Of a DNA stretch of 64,000 nucleotides, positions 25,515 to 34,457 are shown in pieces. A program made the position numbers and the translations under genes. Under the pieces are notes generated by a model. It saw only the letters and a list, made by a program, of their open reading frames with translations, did not search any database and was not told the origin of the DNA. The stretch spans positions 77,569 through 141,568 of the forward strand of contig JACQAP010000009.1 in assembly GCA_016194905.1 (NCBI GenBank). The letters run 5' to 3'. Each line of letters begins with the position of its first letter. Position 1 is the stretch's first letter. The stretch is from Betaproteobacteria bacterium (GTDB taxonomy: Bacteria; Pseudomonadota; Gammaproteobacteria; Burkholderiales; JACQAP01).

Positions 25515-26129
25515 CTATTGAGGCTTGTCGTCGTCGCAGGTGGACTTGTGCGCGGAGTAACCGACGCGAGTCGGGCTGCCGGTCATGAACAGAAAGATCT
25601 TCTGGATTGCATAGGCTTCCTGCTCGCGCTGATACCAGCGCATGCAGGGCCTCATGTCCCCATGCTCGTCGCTCATGTCCTGCACGTAGTGCACGAGTTC
25701 GTGCAGCAGCACCGAGCGGTCGAACAGATTCGTTTCCGGCTTGAGCTGTTCGTCCAGATAGATACCCTCGCCGGGACGGTAGACGGCAAGCGCGGCGCAT
25801 TTCGCGTTGCACACGATTGCTTCGATGCGTTCGTGGGGAACCCGGATGACCTCGGGCGTCGCCACCAGCCGGTGATACTTGGAAATTTGATAGAGCGCCG
25901 AGACCAGGGCGGGCATCAATTCGGCTTCGGTCAATACGTCGACGCCGGCATTGCCGAGATACTTGCGGGAAACCACGCTGCCGTCGTCGGCATAGTTGCT
26001 GTACATTCCCGCCGATTCGCCGCCACCGGCTTTCGACAAGATGCGCTTGTCGGCGTCCGCCGGATACGAGTCGAGCGAAATGGCCAGCGCGAACGCGAGA
26101 CTCAGCGACGCCGCACGGCGAATGCTCAA
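25515..26129 (-). CDS. Secreted HExxH-motif protein (family P paralog)
   Basis: A TTG start at 26129 overlaps the TGA of the Sel1 gene (TTGA) and gives the signal-peptide-like N-terminus SIRRAASLSLAFALAISLDS. LLHELVHYVQ...REQEAYAIQ are present. The start is uncertain. Confidence 0.6.
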   Translation of the reverse strand: MSIRRAASLSLAFALAISLDSYPADADKRILSKAGGGESAGMYSNYADDGSVVSRKYLGNAGVDVLTEAELMPALVSALYQISKYHRLVATPEVIRVPHERIEAIVCNAKCAALAVYRPGEGIYLDEQLKPETNLFDRSVLLHELVHYVQDMSDEHGDMRPCMRWYQREQEAYAIQKIFLFMTGSPTRVGYSAHKSTCDDDKPQ

Positions 26130-26992
26130 GTGGATTTCTCGCCGGGCAGCAACGGCTTCGGCGGTTCCGGCTTTACCGGTTGGGTGATCGCATCGATCGC
26201 CGCGGCTCTTTCCTTCGCGCGAGCCACACTCTCCGCATCCAGTCGCGCGGTGAGTTCTTCGATGCCTTTGCGGTTGGACTTGGCCTCTCCGGCGTCCTCC
26301 GGCGGATAGCGCAATTCGGCAACGCTGTACCACGCCAGCGCTTCCACCGGATCGGTGCCAACCGCCCGACCCTCGGCATACATTTTCCCGATGCTATGCA
26401 TCGCCGATGCGTAACCGCGTCCCGCCGACTTGCGAAACCAGGCGAGCGCCTCGGCGTCGTCGCGGGTAACGCCGCTGCCAACTTCGAAGAGTACGCCGAT
26501 GTTGTACATCGCCATCGGCTCGCCCTGTTCCGCGGCACTTTGATACCACGTCATCGCCATCATGAGATTGCGCGGGGTGCCGAGACCGTTCTCATAGAGA
26601 TCGCCGACGCTGTTCATCGCCCAGGCGTTGCCGAGGAAAGCCGACTGGTGCCACCAGTTGAAAGCTTGAGTGTAATCCTGCGGCACGCCGTGCCCATTGG
26701 CGTAAAGCAGGCCGATGTTGTTCATCGCCACCGTGTAGCCGCGCTTGGCCGCTTCCTGCCACCACTTCAACGCTTCTTCGAAGCTCTGCTTGCCGTCGTA
26801 ACCCTTCGCCCACAGCAGCGCGATGTTGTTCATCGCACGGACGTCGTTCTGGCGCAGCAGTTCCGAAAGCCGGCCCGGATCGAGCATGTCCTTGCCCGGG
26901 GTCGGATCGGTAAAGGTTTCTTCCTGATCGAACGCAGGCGCGACGCTCGAGCAGAACAGGAAACCGGACAGGACAAGAAATCGGAGCTTCAT
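26126..26992 (-). CDS. Secreted Sel1-repeat (SLR/TPR-like) protein
   Basis: 288 aa with a signal peptide (MKLRFLVLSGFLFCSSVAPA) and at least 6 tandem Sel1 repeats (A.NN[IL]G.LY..G.GV..D...A..W...[AS]A..G...A). Confidence 0.9.
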   Translation of the reverse strand: MKLRFLVLSGFLFCSSVAPAFDQEETFTDPTPGKDMLDPGRLSELLRQNDVRAMNNIALLWAKGYDGKQSFEEALKWWQEAAKRGYTVAMNNIGLLYANGHGVPQDYTQAFNWWHQSAFLGNAWAMNSVGDLYENGLGTPRNLMMAMTWYQSAAEQGEPMAMYNIGVLFEVGSGVTRDDAEALAWFRKSAGRGYASAMHSIGKMYAEGRAVGTDPVEALAWYSVAELRYPPEDAGEAKSNRKGIEELTARLDAESVARAKERAAAIDAITQPVKPEPPKPLLPGEKST

Positions 26993-27078
26993 GCTGGTGC
27001 CCTCAGTCGTTGGTTATCGCAAGCCAGCCGTCGATTCCTCGCCGGCCTGATCCATGGACCGCCGCGCCCGACGCCGGT

Positions 27079-27948
27079 TCAGCCGCCCTGACCCAGGAAG
27101 GGGATCAGCTCGCGCAACAATTCGTGCGGTGCCTCTTCCGGGATGAAATGACCGCACGGCAGCGAGTTGCCGTGTACATCGGTCGCCTTCTCTTTCCACG
27201 TGCCGAGCACGTCGAACAACGTGTGCATCTTGCCCTGCTCGCCCCAGATGGCCAGCACGGGGCACGACAGTTTCTTGCCCAGATCGCGCTCGTCGTCGGC
27301 AATGTCCACGGTCGCGGCAGCACGATAGTCTTCCAGTCCTGCACGTATCGTTCCCGGCAGCGTAAAGGCGCGCAGGTATTCCGCGAACACCGGCTCCTCG
27401 ATTGCGTCCTGGCGGAAGCACAGCGCGCGAAACATGTTGCGCAGAAAAGGCTCGGCGCTGTTGGCAAGCATGATTTCCGGCAGATCGGGAACCTGAAAGA
27501 AAAACCAGTGCCAGTAGGCGGCCGCGAGATCCTTGCCGGCGTCGCGGAACACCGTGTGCGTCGGCACGATGTCGAGCACGGTCAGATTCTTCACCGCGTC
27601 CGGGTAATCCATCGCCAGCCGATGCGATACGCGCGCCCCGCGATCGTGGCCGACCAGCGCGAAACGTTCGAAGCCGAGGGCTTTCATCGTTTCCCTGATG
27701 TCCTTCGCCATGTTGCGCTTGTCGTAGCCGTCGCGCGGCTTGTCGGAATCGCCATAGCCGCGCAGATCCGGACAAACCACGGTGAAGCGGTTCAGCAGCG
27801 GCGGCGCCACCTTGCGCCACATCTGCGCGGTTTGCGGATAACCGTGCAGCAACACGACAGGATCGCCCTCGCCCCCGATCCACGCGTTGATGCGCACGCC
27901 ATTCGCGCGGATGGTTTGTTGCTGCATTCCCGGCATGAAACTACTCAT
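27079..27948 (-). CDS. Alpha/beta hydrolase, haloacetate dehalogenase / epoxide hydrolase subgroup
   Basis: 289 aa. LLHGYPQT, the Asp nucleophile motif GHDRGARV and the cap-domain pattern are typical of the fluoroacetate/haloacetate dehalogenase-like subgroup. Confidence 0.75.
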   Translation of the reverse strand: MSSFMPGMQQQTIRANGVRINAWIGGEGDPVVLLHGYPQTAQMWRKVAPPLLNRFTVVCPDLRGYGDSDKPRDGYDKRNMAKDIRETMKALGFERFALVGHDRGARVSHRLAMDYPDAVKNLTVLDIVPTHTVFRDAGKDLAAAYWHWFFFQVPDLPEIMLANSAEPFLRNMFRALCFRQDAIEEPVFAEYLRAFTLPGTIRAGLEDYRAAATVDIADDERDLGKKLSCPVLAIWGEQGKMHTLFDVLGTWKEKATDVHGNSLPCGHFIPEEAPHELLRELIPFLGQGG

Positions 27949-27974
27949 CGAGAACCTCTACAAAGATAAACGTT

Positions 27975-28148
27975 GAACCACGGAGGACACGGAGGGCACG
28001 GAGAAAAACAAGAATGGAAAAATGAATTTCGCGAAAGGCTCATGGCATATGGGAGAAAGTATATTTCGACGTTGCAGCCATTTTCTCCGGTCTTCATTTC
28101 CGCGCCTGTTCTTGCACTTCTCCGCGCCCTCCGTGTCCTCCGTGGTTC
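27975..28148. repeat. Intergenic palindromic element E6 (CACGGAG word arms)
   Basis: gaaccacggaggacacggagggc (27975-27997) is the exact reverse complement of 28126-28148, and pairing extends imperfectly inward. The word type is the same as at the E1 outer ends. Confidence 0.9.
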
Positions 28149-28154
28149 ACGAAT

Positions 28155-29348
28155 TCATTTCTTTAGATACTTGCGCAGGCGCTCGACGCCTTCGGCAAGT
28201 ACGGGAATCGACTTCGGATACGAGAAGCGCACATGCTGCTTCGCGCGGTGGCCGCCGAAATCGAGTCCGGGCGCGATGGCAACGCCGGCTTTCTCCAGTA
28301 TGTCCCAGCAAAAACCGTAGCTGTCGGACGTTAACCGCTCGCAGTTCGCATAGATATAGAAGGCGCCTTCCGGGGTGACCGGAATGTCGAAGCCGAGGCT
28401 GCGCAGTTCCGGCAACAGGAAATCGCGCTGTTCGCGGAATGCGTCGCGCCTTTTCTCGAGCAGCGCAATTGTGTCCGGATGAAAAGCGGCGAACGCGGCC
28501 TGCTGCGCCAGATCCGACGGAGAAATGAACAGGTTCTGCGCGAGTTTGTCGACCGGGGCGATGTATTGCCCGGGCGCAACCATCCAGCCCAGGCGCCATC
28601 CGGTCATACCGAAATACTTCGAGAAGCTGTTGATGATGAATACGTCGTCGGCAAACTCGAGCGCGCTGCGATCGCGCTTGCCGTAGGTGAGGCCGTGATA
28701 GATCTCGTCCACGATCAGCACGCCGCCGTGCGCCCTGACAACGGCGTGGATGCGTTGCAGTTCGTCGTGATCGATCAGCGTGCCGGTCGGATTCGACGGC
28801 GAGGCGATCAGCACCGCCGCGGTCTTTGCGGTCCAATGTTTTTCCACCAGCGCCGCGGTGAGTTGATACGCGGTATCCGCGCCGACGGGAATGCCGACGG
28901 CCTCGCCTTCCATGGTGCGCACGAAGTGGCGGTTGCACGGATAACCGGGATCGGCCATCAGCACCTGATCGCCGGGGGACAACAACGCGCCCATGGTCAG
29001 CAACAAGGCACCGGACGAACCTGTCGTCACGATTACGCGCGAGCGCGGCACCTCCACGCCGTAGCGCGTGTGGTACCAGGCGGCAATGCTGTCGCGCAAT
29101 TCGGTGATGCCGAGAGACGATGTGTAGCCGATACGCCCGCCTTCGATGGCGCGGATTCCCGCTGCGGCGATCAAGGGCGGCGTCGGTGCATCAGGTTCGC
29201 CGACCACCATGTTGGCGATCGACCTCCCCTGCGCTTCCAGCTCCCTGGCGCGATTGATCAGTACCACGACGTGGAACGGCTCGATGCCTTCCATGCGCGA
29301 CGCGACGTGCGGGCTGTTGGTGGACGGGAGTTTTTCGGGTCGGTTCAT
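28155..29348 (-). CDS. Class I/II PLP-dependent aminotransferase
   Basis: ATG at 29348 is preceded by GAGGA. NSFSKYFGMTGWRLGW (SxSK PLP-lysine motif) and GEPD..TP near the N-terminus are present. Confidence 0.85.
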   Translation of the reverse strand: MNRPEKLPSTNSPHVASRMEGIEPFHVVVLINRARELEAQGRSIANMVVGEPDAPTPPLIAAAGIRAIEGGRIGYTSSLGITELRDSIAAWYHTRYGVEVPRSRVIVTTGSSGALLLTMGALLSPGDQVLMADPGYPCNRHFVRTMEGEAVGIPVGADTAYQLTAALVEKHWTAKTAAVLIASPSNPTGTLIDHDELQRIHAVVRAHGGVLIVDEIYHGLTYGKRDRSALEFADDVFIINSFSKYFGMTGWRLGWMVAPGQYIAPVDKLAQNLFISPSDLAQQAAFAAFHPDTIALLEKRRDAFREQRDFLLPELRSLGFDIPVTPEGAFYIYANCERLTSDSYGFCWDILEKAGVAIAPGLDFGGHRAKQHVRFSYPKSIPVLAEGVERLRKYLKK

Positions 29349-29515
29349 GCAAATCCTCGATTGGAACGCGGGCGACACCGGCGGTGCGGCCGTGCAACCG
29401 GACGAATTTTATGCCGCGCAACCGCTTTGCGGCAACGCGCCGATTCAAAAATCCGGCGCGACCGACTAACATGTCGGTCCTTTCATGCACTCCAACAAGA
29501 CGGGAAAACCGACAA

Positions 29516-30451
29516 ATGAAAATTGCAATCATCGGTAGCGGCGGCGTCGGCGGCTACTTCGGCGCAAGGCTGTCCGCGAGTGGAGAAGACGTGACTTTCA
29601 TCGCGCGCGGCGCGCATCTGGACGCGATGAACACAAACGGTTTGAAGGTCTTGAGCGCGCTCGGCGACCTGCATCTTCCAAAAGTGAAGGCGGCCACTGA
29701 CACCAAGACCATCGGCCAGGTGGATGTGGTCATGATCGCGGTGAAGCTATGGTCTACGGAAGAAGCCGCGCAGTCGGCCAGGCCGTTGATCGGCCCGCAA
29801 ACCGTTGCCGTGTCATTCCAGAACGGCGTGGTCGCAGTGGATACGCTGGTGCCGATCCTGGGTAAAGCGCATGTGATGGGCGGAGTCGCCAATATTGCCG
29901 CGCTGATCGAAGCGCCTGGCGTGATCCGCCATAACGGCGCCATGGCGAATCTTTTCTTCGGCGAACTGGACGGCAGCCGCTCGGCGCGCTCGCAGGGGTT
30001 CTACGAGGCGTGCAAGAAAGCGAACATCAACACCGAACTGGTGGCGGATGTGCACAGAGCGATCTGGGAAAAGTTCGTGCGCCTGGTCACGCTCTCGGCC
30101 ATGACTTCGCTTACGCGGATGCCGGCTGGACCGCTGCGCGCCGATCCCGACACTCGTGCGCTGATGCAGCAGGTGATGGAAGAAGTGATTGCGGTCGGCC
30201 GCGCCAAGGGCGTCAAGTTCGAAGCCGACATCGCCGCCAAGCAGATGTCCAATATCGACTCGATTCCGCCGACCATGGTGGCGTCGATGTGCGGCGATCT
30301 GCGCCGCGGCAACCGGCTGGAACTGCCTTGGTTGTCCGGCACGGTAGCCAAGCTCGGCAAGGAGCTTGGTATTCCGACGCCGGCCAACCAGTTCGTCTAC
30401 GCCGCGCTCAAACTCTACGCCAACGGCCGCCCAGCAGAAGCGCAGATCTAG
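29516..30451 (+). CDS. Ketopantoate reductase (ApbA/PanE) family oxidoreductase
   Basis: 311 aa from MKIAIIGSGGVGGYFGARL (Rossmann motif), with the ApbA N/C-domain layout. Confidence 0.8.
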   Translation: MKIAIIGSGGVGGYFGARLSASGEDVTFIARGAHLDAMNTNGLKVLSALGDLHLPKVKAATDTKTIGQVDVVMIAVKLWSTEEAAQSARPLIGPQTVAVSFQNGVVAVDTLVPILGKAHVMGGVANIAALIEAPGVIRHNGAMANLFFGELDGSRSARSQGFYEACKKANINTELVADVHRAIWEKFVRLVTLSAMTSLTRMPAGPLRADPDTRALMQQVMEEVIAVGRAKGVKFEADIAAKQMSNIDSIPPTMVASMCGDLRRGNRLELPWLSGTVAKLGKELGIPTPANQFVYAALKLYANGRPAEAQI

Positions 30452-30460
30452 GGCAACACC

Positions 30461-30632
30461 CAACGCAGAGGCGCAGAGGACGCAAAGGACGCGGAGGAAA
30501 ATCAAACTCGTGATCGAATAGGGGCTGCACCGAACATGTCTGCAAATAGTTGCAGTGTTTGGCAAGGGATACACAAGATTCACCTGAATTTAATTCCGCG
30601 TATTTCTCTGCGCCCTCTGCGCCTCTGCGTTG
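30461..30632. repeat. Intergenic palindromic element E7 (CGCAGAGG word arms)
   Basis: caacgcagaggcgcagagg (30461-30479) is the exact reverse complement of 30614-30632. Arms continue with CGCAAAGG/GCGGAGG words. There is an inner hairpin CTGCAA-atag-TTGCAG at 30540-30555. Confidence 0.9.
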
Positions 30633-30657
30633 AGGTTTTGACTTTCGGAGATCCAAT

Positions 30658-31755
30658 ATGAGCACAACAAAACTGACAATAAGGACCATTCGCGCGCGAG
30701 CGGTGCTGGTGCCGCTGAAGCGCCCTCCGCAATCGGCGAGCGGCTCGATTCCCGAAGCAGCGCTGGTGCTGGTGGACATCGAAACCGGCGAAGGCATCAC
30801 CGGACATTCCTATCTGTTCGCATTTTCCAAAGCAATGCTGAAGCCGCTGATCGTGACGATCGAGGCGGTGGCCGAAATGATCAAGGGCGATGCGCTGGTG
30901 CCGTATGAGATCGACGTGAAGCTGCGCAAACGGCTGACGCTGTTCGATACACCCGGATTGGTCGGCCTGGCGCTCGCGGGTATCGACATGGCGGCATGGG
31001 ATGCGTATGCCAAAGGCCTCCGCCTGCCGCTGGTTCGCGCGCTCGGCGGCGAGGCCAAGCCGGTGCGAGCCTACAACAGTTGCGGATTGTGGATCAAGGA
31101 TCCGGCGCTGCTCGCGGACGAGGCGTCGCAGCTTATCGCCGAGGGCGGCTACGGCGCGGTAAAGCTGCGCATCGGCCGCCCGAATTTCAAGGAAGACCTT
31201 GCCGCTGTGCGCAACGTGAAGAAGCGCATCGGCGACGACGTCTTCCTGATGTCCGACTTCAACCAGAGCCTGACGGTGAACGAAGCGATCCTGCGCGGGC
31301 GCGCGCTCGACGATGAAGGCCTGTACTGGATCGAGGAACCGATCCGGCACGACAACTATGCCGGTTGCGCCAGGATCGCCGCGGAAGTGAAGACGCCAAT
31401 CCAGATCGGCGAGAACCTGCTGAACACGTTCGAGATGCAGAAGGCGATCGACGCCAGGGCCGCGGAGTACTACATGCCGGACGTGCAGCGCATCGGCGGC
31501 GTCACCGGGTGGCTGCGTGCGGCCGCGCTCGCGCATGCGCACAACCTCGACATGTCCAGCCACCTGTTCCCGGAATTCAGCGCCCACCTGCTGGCGGTGA
31601 CGCCGACCTGCCACTGGCTGGAGTACATGGACTGGGCCAATGCCATCCTGCAGCAACCGTTCGAGGTCAAGAACGGCCATGTGCTCGTCCCTGATCGCCC
31701 CGGTGCCGGAATAAGCTGGAACGAAGACGCCGTAAGCCGTTACGCGATGCGATAG
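30658..31755 (+). CDS. Enolase-superfamily enzyme (mandelate racemase/muconate lactonizing family)
   Basis: 365 aa. Metal-ligand pattern D (SDFNQ), E (IEEP), E (GENL) and a KLRIG region. Substrate unknown. Confidence 0.85.
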   Translation: MSTTKLTIRTIRARAVLVPLKRPPQSASGSIPEAALVLVDIETGEGITGHSYLFAFSKAMLKPLIVTIEAVAEMIKGDALVPYEIDVKLRKRLTLFDTPGLVGLALAGIDMAAWDAYAKGLRLPLVRALGGEAKPVRAYNSCGLWIKDPALLADEASQLIAEGGYGAVKLRIGRPNFKEDLAAVRNVKKRIGDDVFLMSDFNQSLTVNEAILRGRALDDEGLYWIEEPIRHDNYAGCARIAAEVKTPIQIGENLLNTFEMQKAIDARAAEYYMPDVQRIGGVTGWLRAAALAHAHNLDMSSHLFPEFSAHLLAVTPTCHWLEYMDWANAILQQPFEVKNGHVLVPDRPGAGISWNEDAVSRYAMR

Positions 31756-32005
31756 TCGCCAACTACCTTTTGCGCCAGCTTCGCCGCTGGCGCGTTGTGG
31801 TGTAAACGCGTGGATTACAGATTGCGCCCACAAATTGCGAAGCGCCGGGCGCCGGTCAACCTCGCAATAGGGTCCCGCAGATTCTGAACCACCCCGCCGC
31901 GCGGCCGCGTGGAATGAATATGCAGTCAGGAAATGCCCGTAGCGTAAAATGGTGGCTTCCCGAGCGCTCCCATGAGAGAAAGCGCCGTCAACCGAGGATA
32001 CGGCA

Positions 32006-33391
32006 ATGACCCTTGCAGCCAAAGAAATTCAAACCGCGATCGACGAGCTGAAAGCCGTCTTCGGCGACCGCCTTTCCACCAACACCGGCGTTCGCGACCA
32101 CCACAGCAAAGACGAGTCCTGGCATCACCCGCATCGTCCCGACGCCGTGGTATTCCCGAATACCACTGAGGAGGTGTCGCAGATCGTGCGCATCTGCGCC
32201 AGGCACCAGACGCCTGTGGTGGCCTACGGTACCGGCACCTCGCTGGAAGGCAACGTGATTCCGCACCATGGCGGTGTGGTCGTCGACCTCGCCAACATGA
32301 ACAAGGTCTTGCGAACCAGCGCGGAAGATCTCGACGTCACGGCGCAGGCGCGCGTGACCCGCAAGGAGTTGAACGCGTTCATCCGCGACCAGGGCCTGTT
32401 CTTCCCGATCGATCCGGGCGCGGACGCTTCCCTCGGCGGCATGGCCGCGACGCGCGCGTCGGGAACCAATGCCGTGCGCTACGGCACGATGCGCGAGAAC
32501 GTACTTGCGCTGACCGTGGTGCTCGCCGACGGGCGCATCATCCGCACCTCGCGACGGGCGCGGAAATCGTCCGCGGGTTACGACCTCACCCGGCTTTTCG
32601 TCGGCTCGGAAGGCACGCTCGGCATCATCACCGAAGTCACGTTGCGCCTGTACGGCATACCTGAGGCAATGGCGGCCGCGGTGTGCTCATTCGACCGCAT
32701 CGAAGGCGCGGTCAACACCGTAATCCAGACCATCCAACTCGGCATTCCGGTGGCACGCATCGAGCTGCTCGACGACGTGCAGATGGATTCGCTGAACAAG
32801 TTCTCGAAGCTGAACTATCCGGTCAAGGACACGCTGTTCCTCGAGTTCCACGGTACCGAGAACGGGGTCAAGGAACAGGCGGAGATGGTGCAATCCATCG
32901 CCGCTGAATACGGTGGCGGCGAATTCAAATGGGCGACCAAGACCGAAGACCGCAACGCGCTGTGGACGGCGCGCCACGACGTGACCTATGCCAACAAGGC
33001 GCTGCGTCCCGGCTGCGAAATCTGGGCCACCGATGTCTGCGTACCAATCTCGAAGCTGGCCGAGTGCATCATGGAAACCAAGAAGGACATGAAAAGCAGC
33101 TTTCTGATCGCGCCGCTGGTCGGCCATGTCGGCGACGGCAACTTCCACCTCGGCTTCCTGATCAACCGCGACGATCCGAAGGAACTCGAAGAAGCCGAGC
33201 GCCTGAACGATCGTCTGGTCATGCGCGCGCTGTCGATGGACGGCACCTGCACCGGCGAGCACGGCATTGGCCTGGGCAAGATGAAGTTCCTCATCGCGGA
33301 GCATGGCGACGCCGTCAGCGTAATGCGTCAGATCAAGAAGGCGCTCGATCCGCAGAATATTCTCAATCCAGGGAAAATCTTCACTCTCTAG
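32006..33391 (+). CDS. FAD-linked oxidase (D-lactate dehydrogenase/GlcD-like)
   Basis: 461 aa with an FAD_binding_4 pattern (PVVAYGTGTSLEGN) and a C-terminal FAD-oxidase domain ending in LDPQNILNPGKIF. Confidence 0.85.
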   Translation: MTLAAKEIQTAIDELKAVFGDRLSTNTGVRDHHSKDESWHHPHRPDAVVFPNTTEEVSQIVRICARHQTPVVAYGTGTSLEGNVIPHHGGVVVDLANMNKVLRTSAEDLDVTAQARVTRKELNAFIRDQGLFFPIDPGADASLGGMAATRASGTNAVRYGTMRENVLALTVVLADGRIIRTSRRARKSSAGYDLTRLFVGSEGTLGIITEVTLRLYGIPEAMAAAVCSFDRIEGAVNTVIQTIQLGIPVARIELLDDVQMDSLNKFSKLNYPVKDTLFLEFHGTENGVKEQAEMVQSIAAEYGGGEFKWATKTEDRNALWTARHDVTYANKALRPGCEIWATDVCVPISKLAECIMETKKDMKSSFLIAPLVGHVGDGNFHLGFLINRDDPKELEEAERLNDRLVMRALSMDGTCTGEHGIGLGKMKFLIAEHGDAVSVMRQIKKALDPQNILNPGKIFTL

Positions 33392-33393
33392 GT

Positions 33394-33525
33394 GAGGCGA
33401 GAGGCATGAGGGGTGAGGGGAAAAGGCTTAAAGATTAACCTCTCGCCCTGATCCCTGGCTCTTAAGCTCTTGCGAATCGTCAATCCGCCCTGCTCTTCCG
33501 CCAATCGCCTCACGCCTCTCGCCTC
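33394..33525. repeat. Intergenic palindromic element E8 (GAGGCGAGAGG/GTGAGG word arms)
   Basis: gaggcgagaggcatgagg (33394-33411) versus cctcacgcctctcgcctc (33508-33525) gives 17 of 18 complementary positions. Confidence 0.8.
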
Positions 33526-33530
33526 GCCCA

Positions 33531-33878
33531 GTGACAACGATCTACGGCATCAAAACCTGCGACACCATGAAGAAGGCATTCGCCTGGCTGGACGATCATG
33601 GCGTTCATTACAACTTCCACGACTACAAGGCGGCGGGCATCGACGTCGCGCGCCTGAAAGCTTGGTCGAAGCAGGCCGGTTGGGAAGTTCTTCTGAATAC
33701 GCGCGGCACCACCTGGCGCAAGCTCTCGCCGACACAACAGGCGAATCTCGACGAGAACAAGGCGCTGAAGCTGATGAGCGAGAACCCGAGCTTGATCAAG
33801 CGTCCGGTGATGGAAAACGGCGAGGCTTTGCTGGTAGGTTTCACTCCCGAGCGCTATACCGAAGCATTCAAGCGCTAA
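33531..33878 (+). CDS. ArsC/Spx-family reductase-like protein (YffB type)
   Basis: 115 aa with a GTG start. IYGIKTCDTMKKA...LLNTRGTTWRKL are typical of YffB/ArsC-family proteins. Confidence 0.8.
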   Translation: MTTIYGIKTCDTMKKAFAWLDDHGVHYNFHDYKAAGIDVARLKAWSKQAGWEVLLNTRGTTWRKLSPTQQANLDENKALKLMSENPSLIKRPVMENGEALLVGFTPERYTEAFKR

Positions 33879-33939
33879 AGGCAGCCGCCCCCCGTCTTTC
33901 CCCATTTACCTTTGACCTTCCACCTTCTCTCTTTTATCT

Positions 33940-33963
33940 GGTTCTCAGTCCTTGAGAACCTTT
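33940..33963 (+). terminator. Candidate intrinsic terminator after the ArsC-family gene
   Basis: GGTTCTCA-gtcct-TGAGAACC is followed by only TTT. Confidence 0.4.
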
Positions 33964-34015
33964 GCGCGATCCCCCATATCAAACTGACCACCCATCTTCA
34001 CCGCAGCGATAACGA

Positions 34016-34318
34016 ATGCCTACGAACGATAACCAATTCAGACTCCCCGGGAATGACCCGCGCTTTCGCGCGCCTGTCTCCGGTTTTCTGGGCAAGATTC
34101 TGACGACGGCGGCGAGTGCCGCGGTGCTTGTCATGGCATTCATGCTCTCGCTACTTGTATTTGCGGTGGTAGCGGCAATCGGGCTGATCCTCGGCGGCTA
34201 CCTGTGGTGGAAAACTCGTGCGCTGCGCCGGCGGATGCGCGAACGGCCGCCCGGCGGACGTGTCATAGATGGCGAAGTGATTCGCGACGTCGAACCGCGG
34301 GATATGAATCCACGCTGA
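34016..34318 (+). CDS. Small membrane protein (hypothetical)
   Basis: 100 aa with two adjacent hydrophobic helices (AASAAVLVMAFMLSLLVFAVVAAIGLILGGYLWW) followed by a basic stretch. Confidence 0.55.
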   Translation: MPTNDNQFRLPGNDPRFRAPVSGFLGKILTTAASAAVLVMAFMLSLLVFAVVAAIGLILGGYLWWKTRALRRRMRERPPGGRVIDGEVIRDVEPRDMNPR

Positions 34319-34414
34319 GCCGGCACCCCTTCGCCCGCGCGCCAGCGTGTCGTGCGCGCCAGGGCGAAGATTTCTGAAGCAACTACTGCCAAGGCAAGAA
34401 TCACAGCACAGGGC

Positions 34415-34457
34415 TTGACAAGGTTGCCCGCGAAGGCTGATACTAAACCATATGGTT
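34415..34457 (+). promoter_or_regulatory. Sigma70-like promoter plus palindromic operator of the first ArsR gene (possibly leaderless)
   Basis: TTGACA (34415-34420), 18-nt spacer, GATACT (34439-34444). The 12-bp palindrome AACCATATGGTT (34446-34457) contains the ATG at 34452. There is no room for an RBS. Confidence 0.5.

Noticed and set aside
27010-27969. 319-aa plus-strand ORF and 27014..27883 minus-strand ORF overlapping the dehalogenase-like hydrolase.
   Set aside because: Only the 27079..27948 frame shows the HGYPQT / GHDRGARV hydrolase motifs.
27975-28148. Whether the word-arm elements are CRISPR arrays, or decayed intervening-sequence-type elements that once encoded a four-helix-bundle protein. 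The E6 centre reads EFRERLMAYGRKYISTLQPF in one frame.
   Set aside because: They are not CRISPR. The words are 7-10 nt, directly tandem with no spacers, and the two arms are inverted. For the four-helix-bundle idea, the short peptide does not align in register with the usual F-E-D-L-x-V-W-Q start, and no other centre shows anything similar. It is an unsupported analogy only.
30580-32022. 480-aa minus-strand ORF covering the enolase-superfamily gene.
   Set aside because: It is an antisense shadow. The plus frame has the metal-ligand pattern of MR/MLE enzymes.
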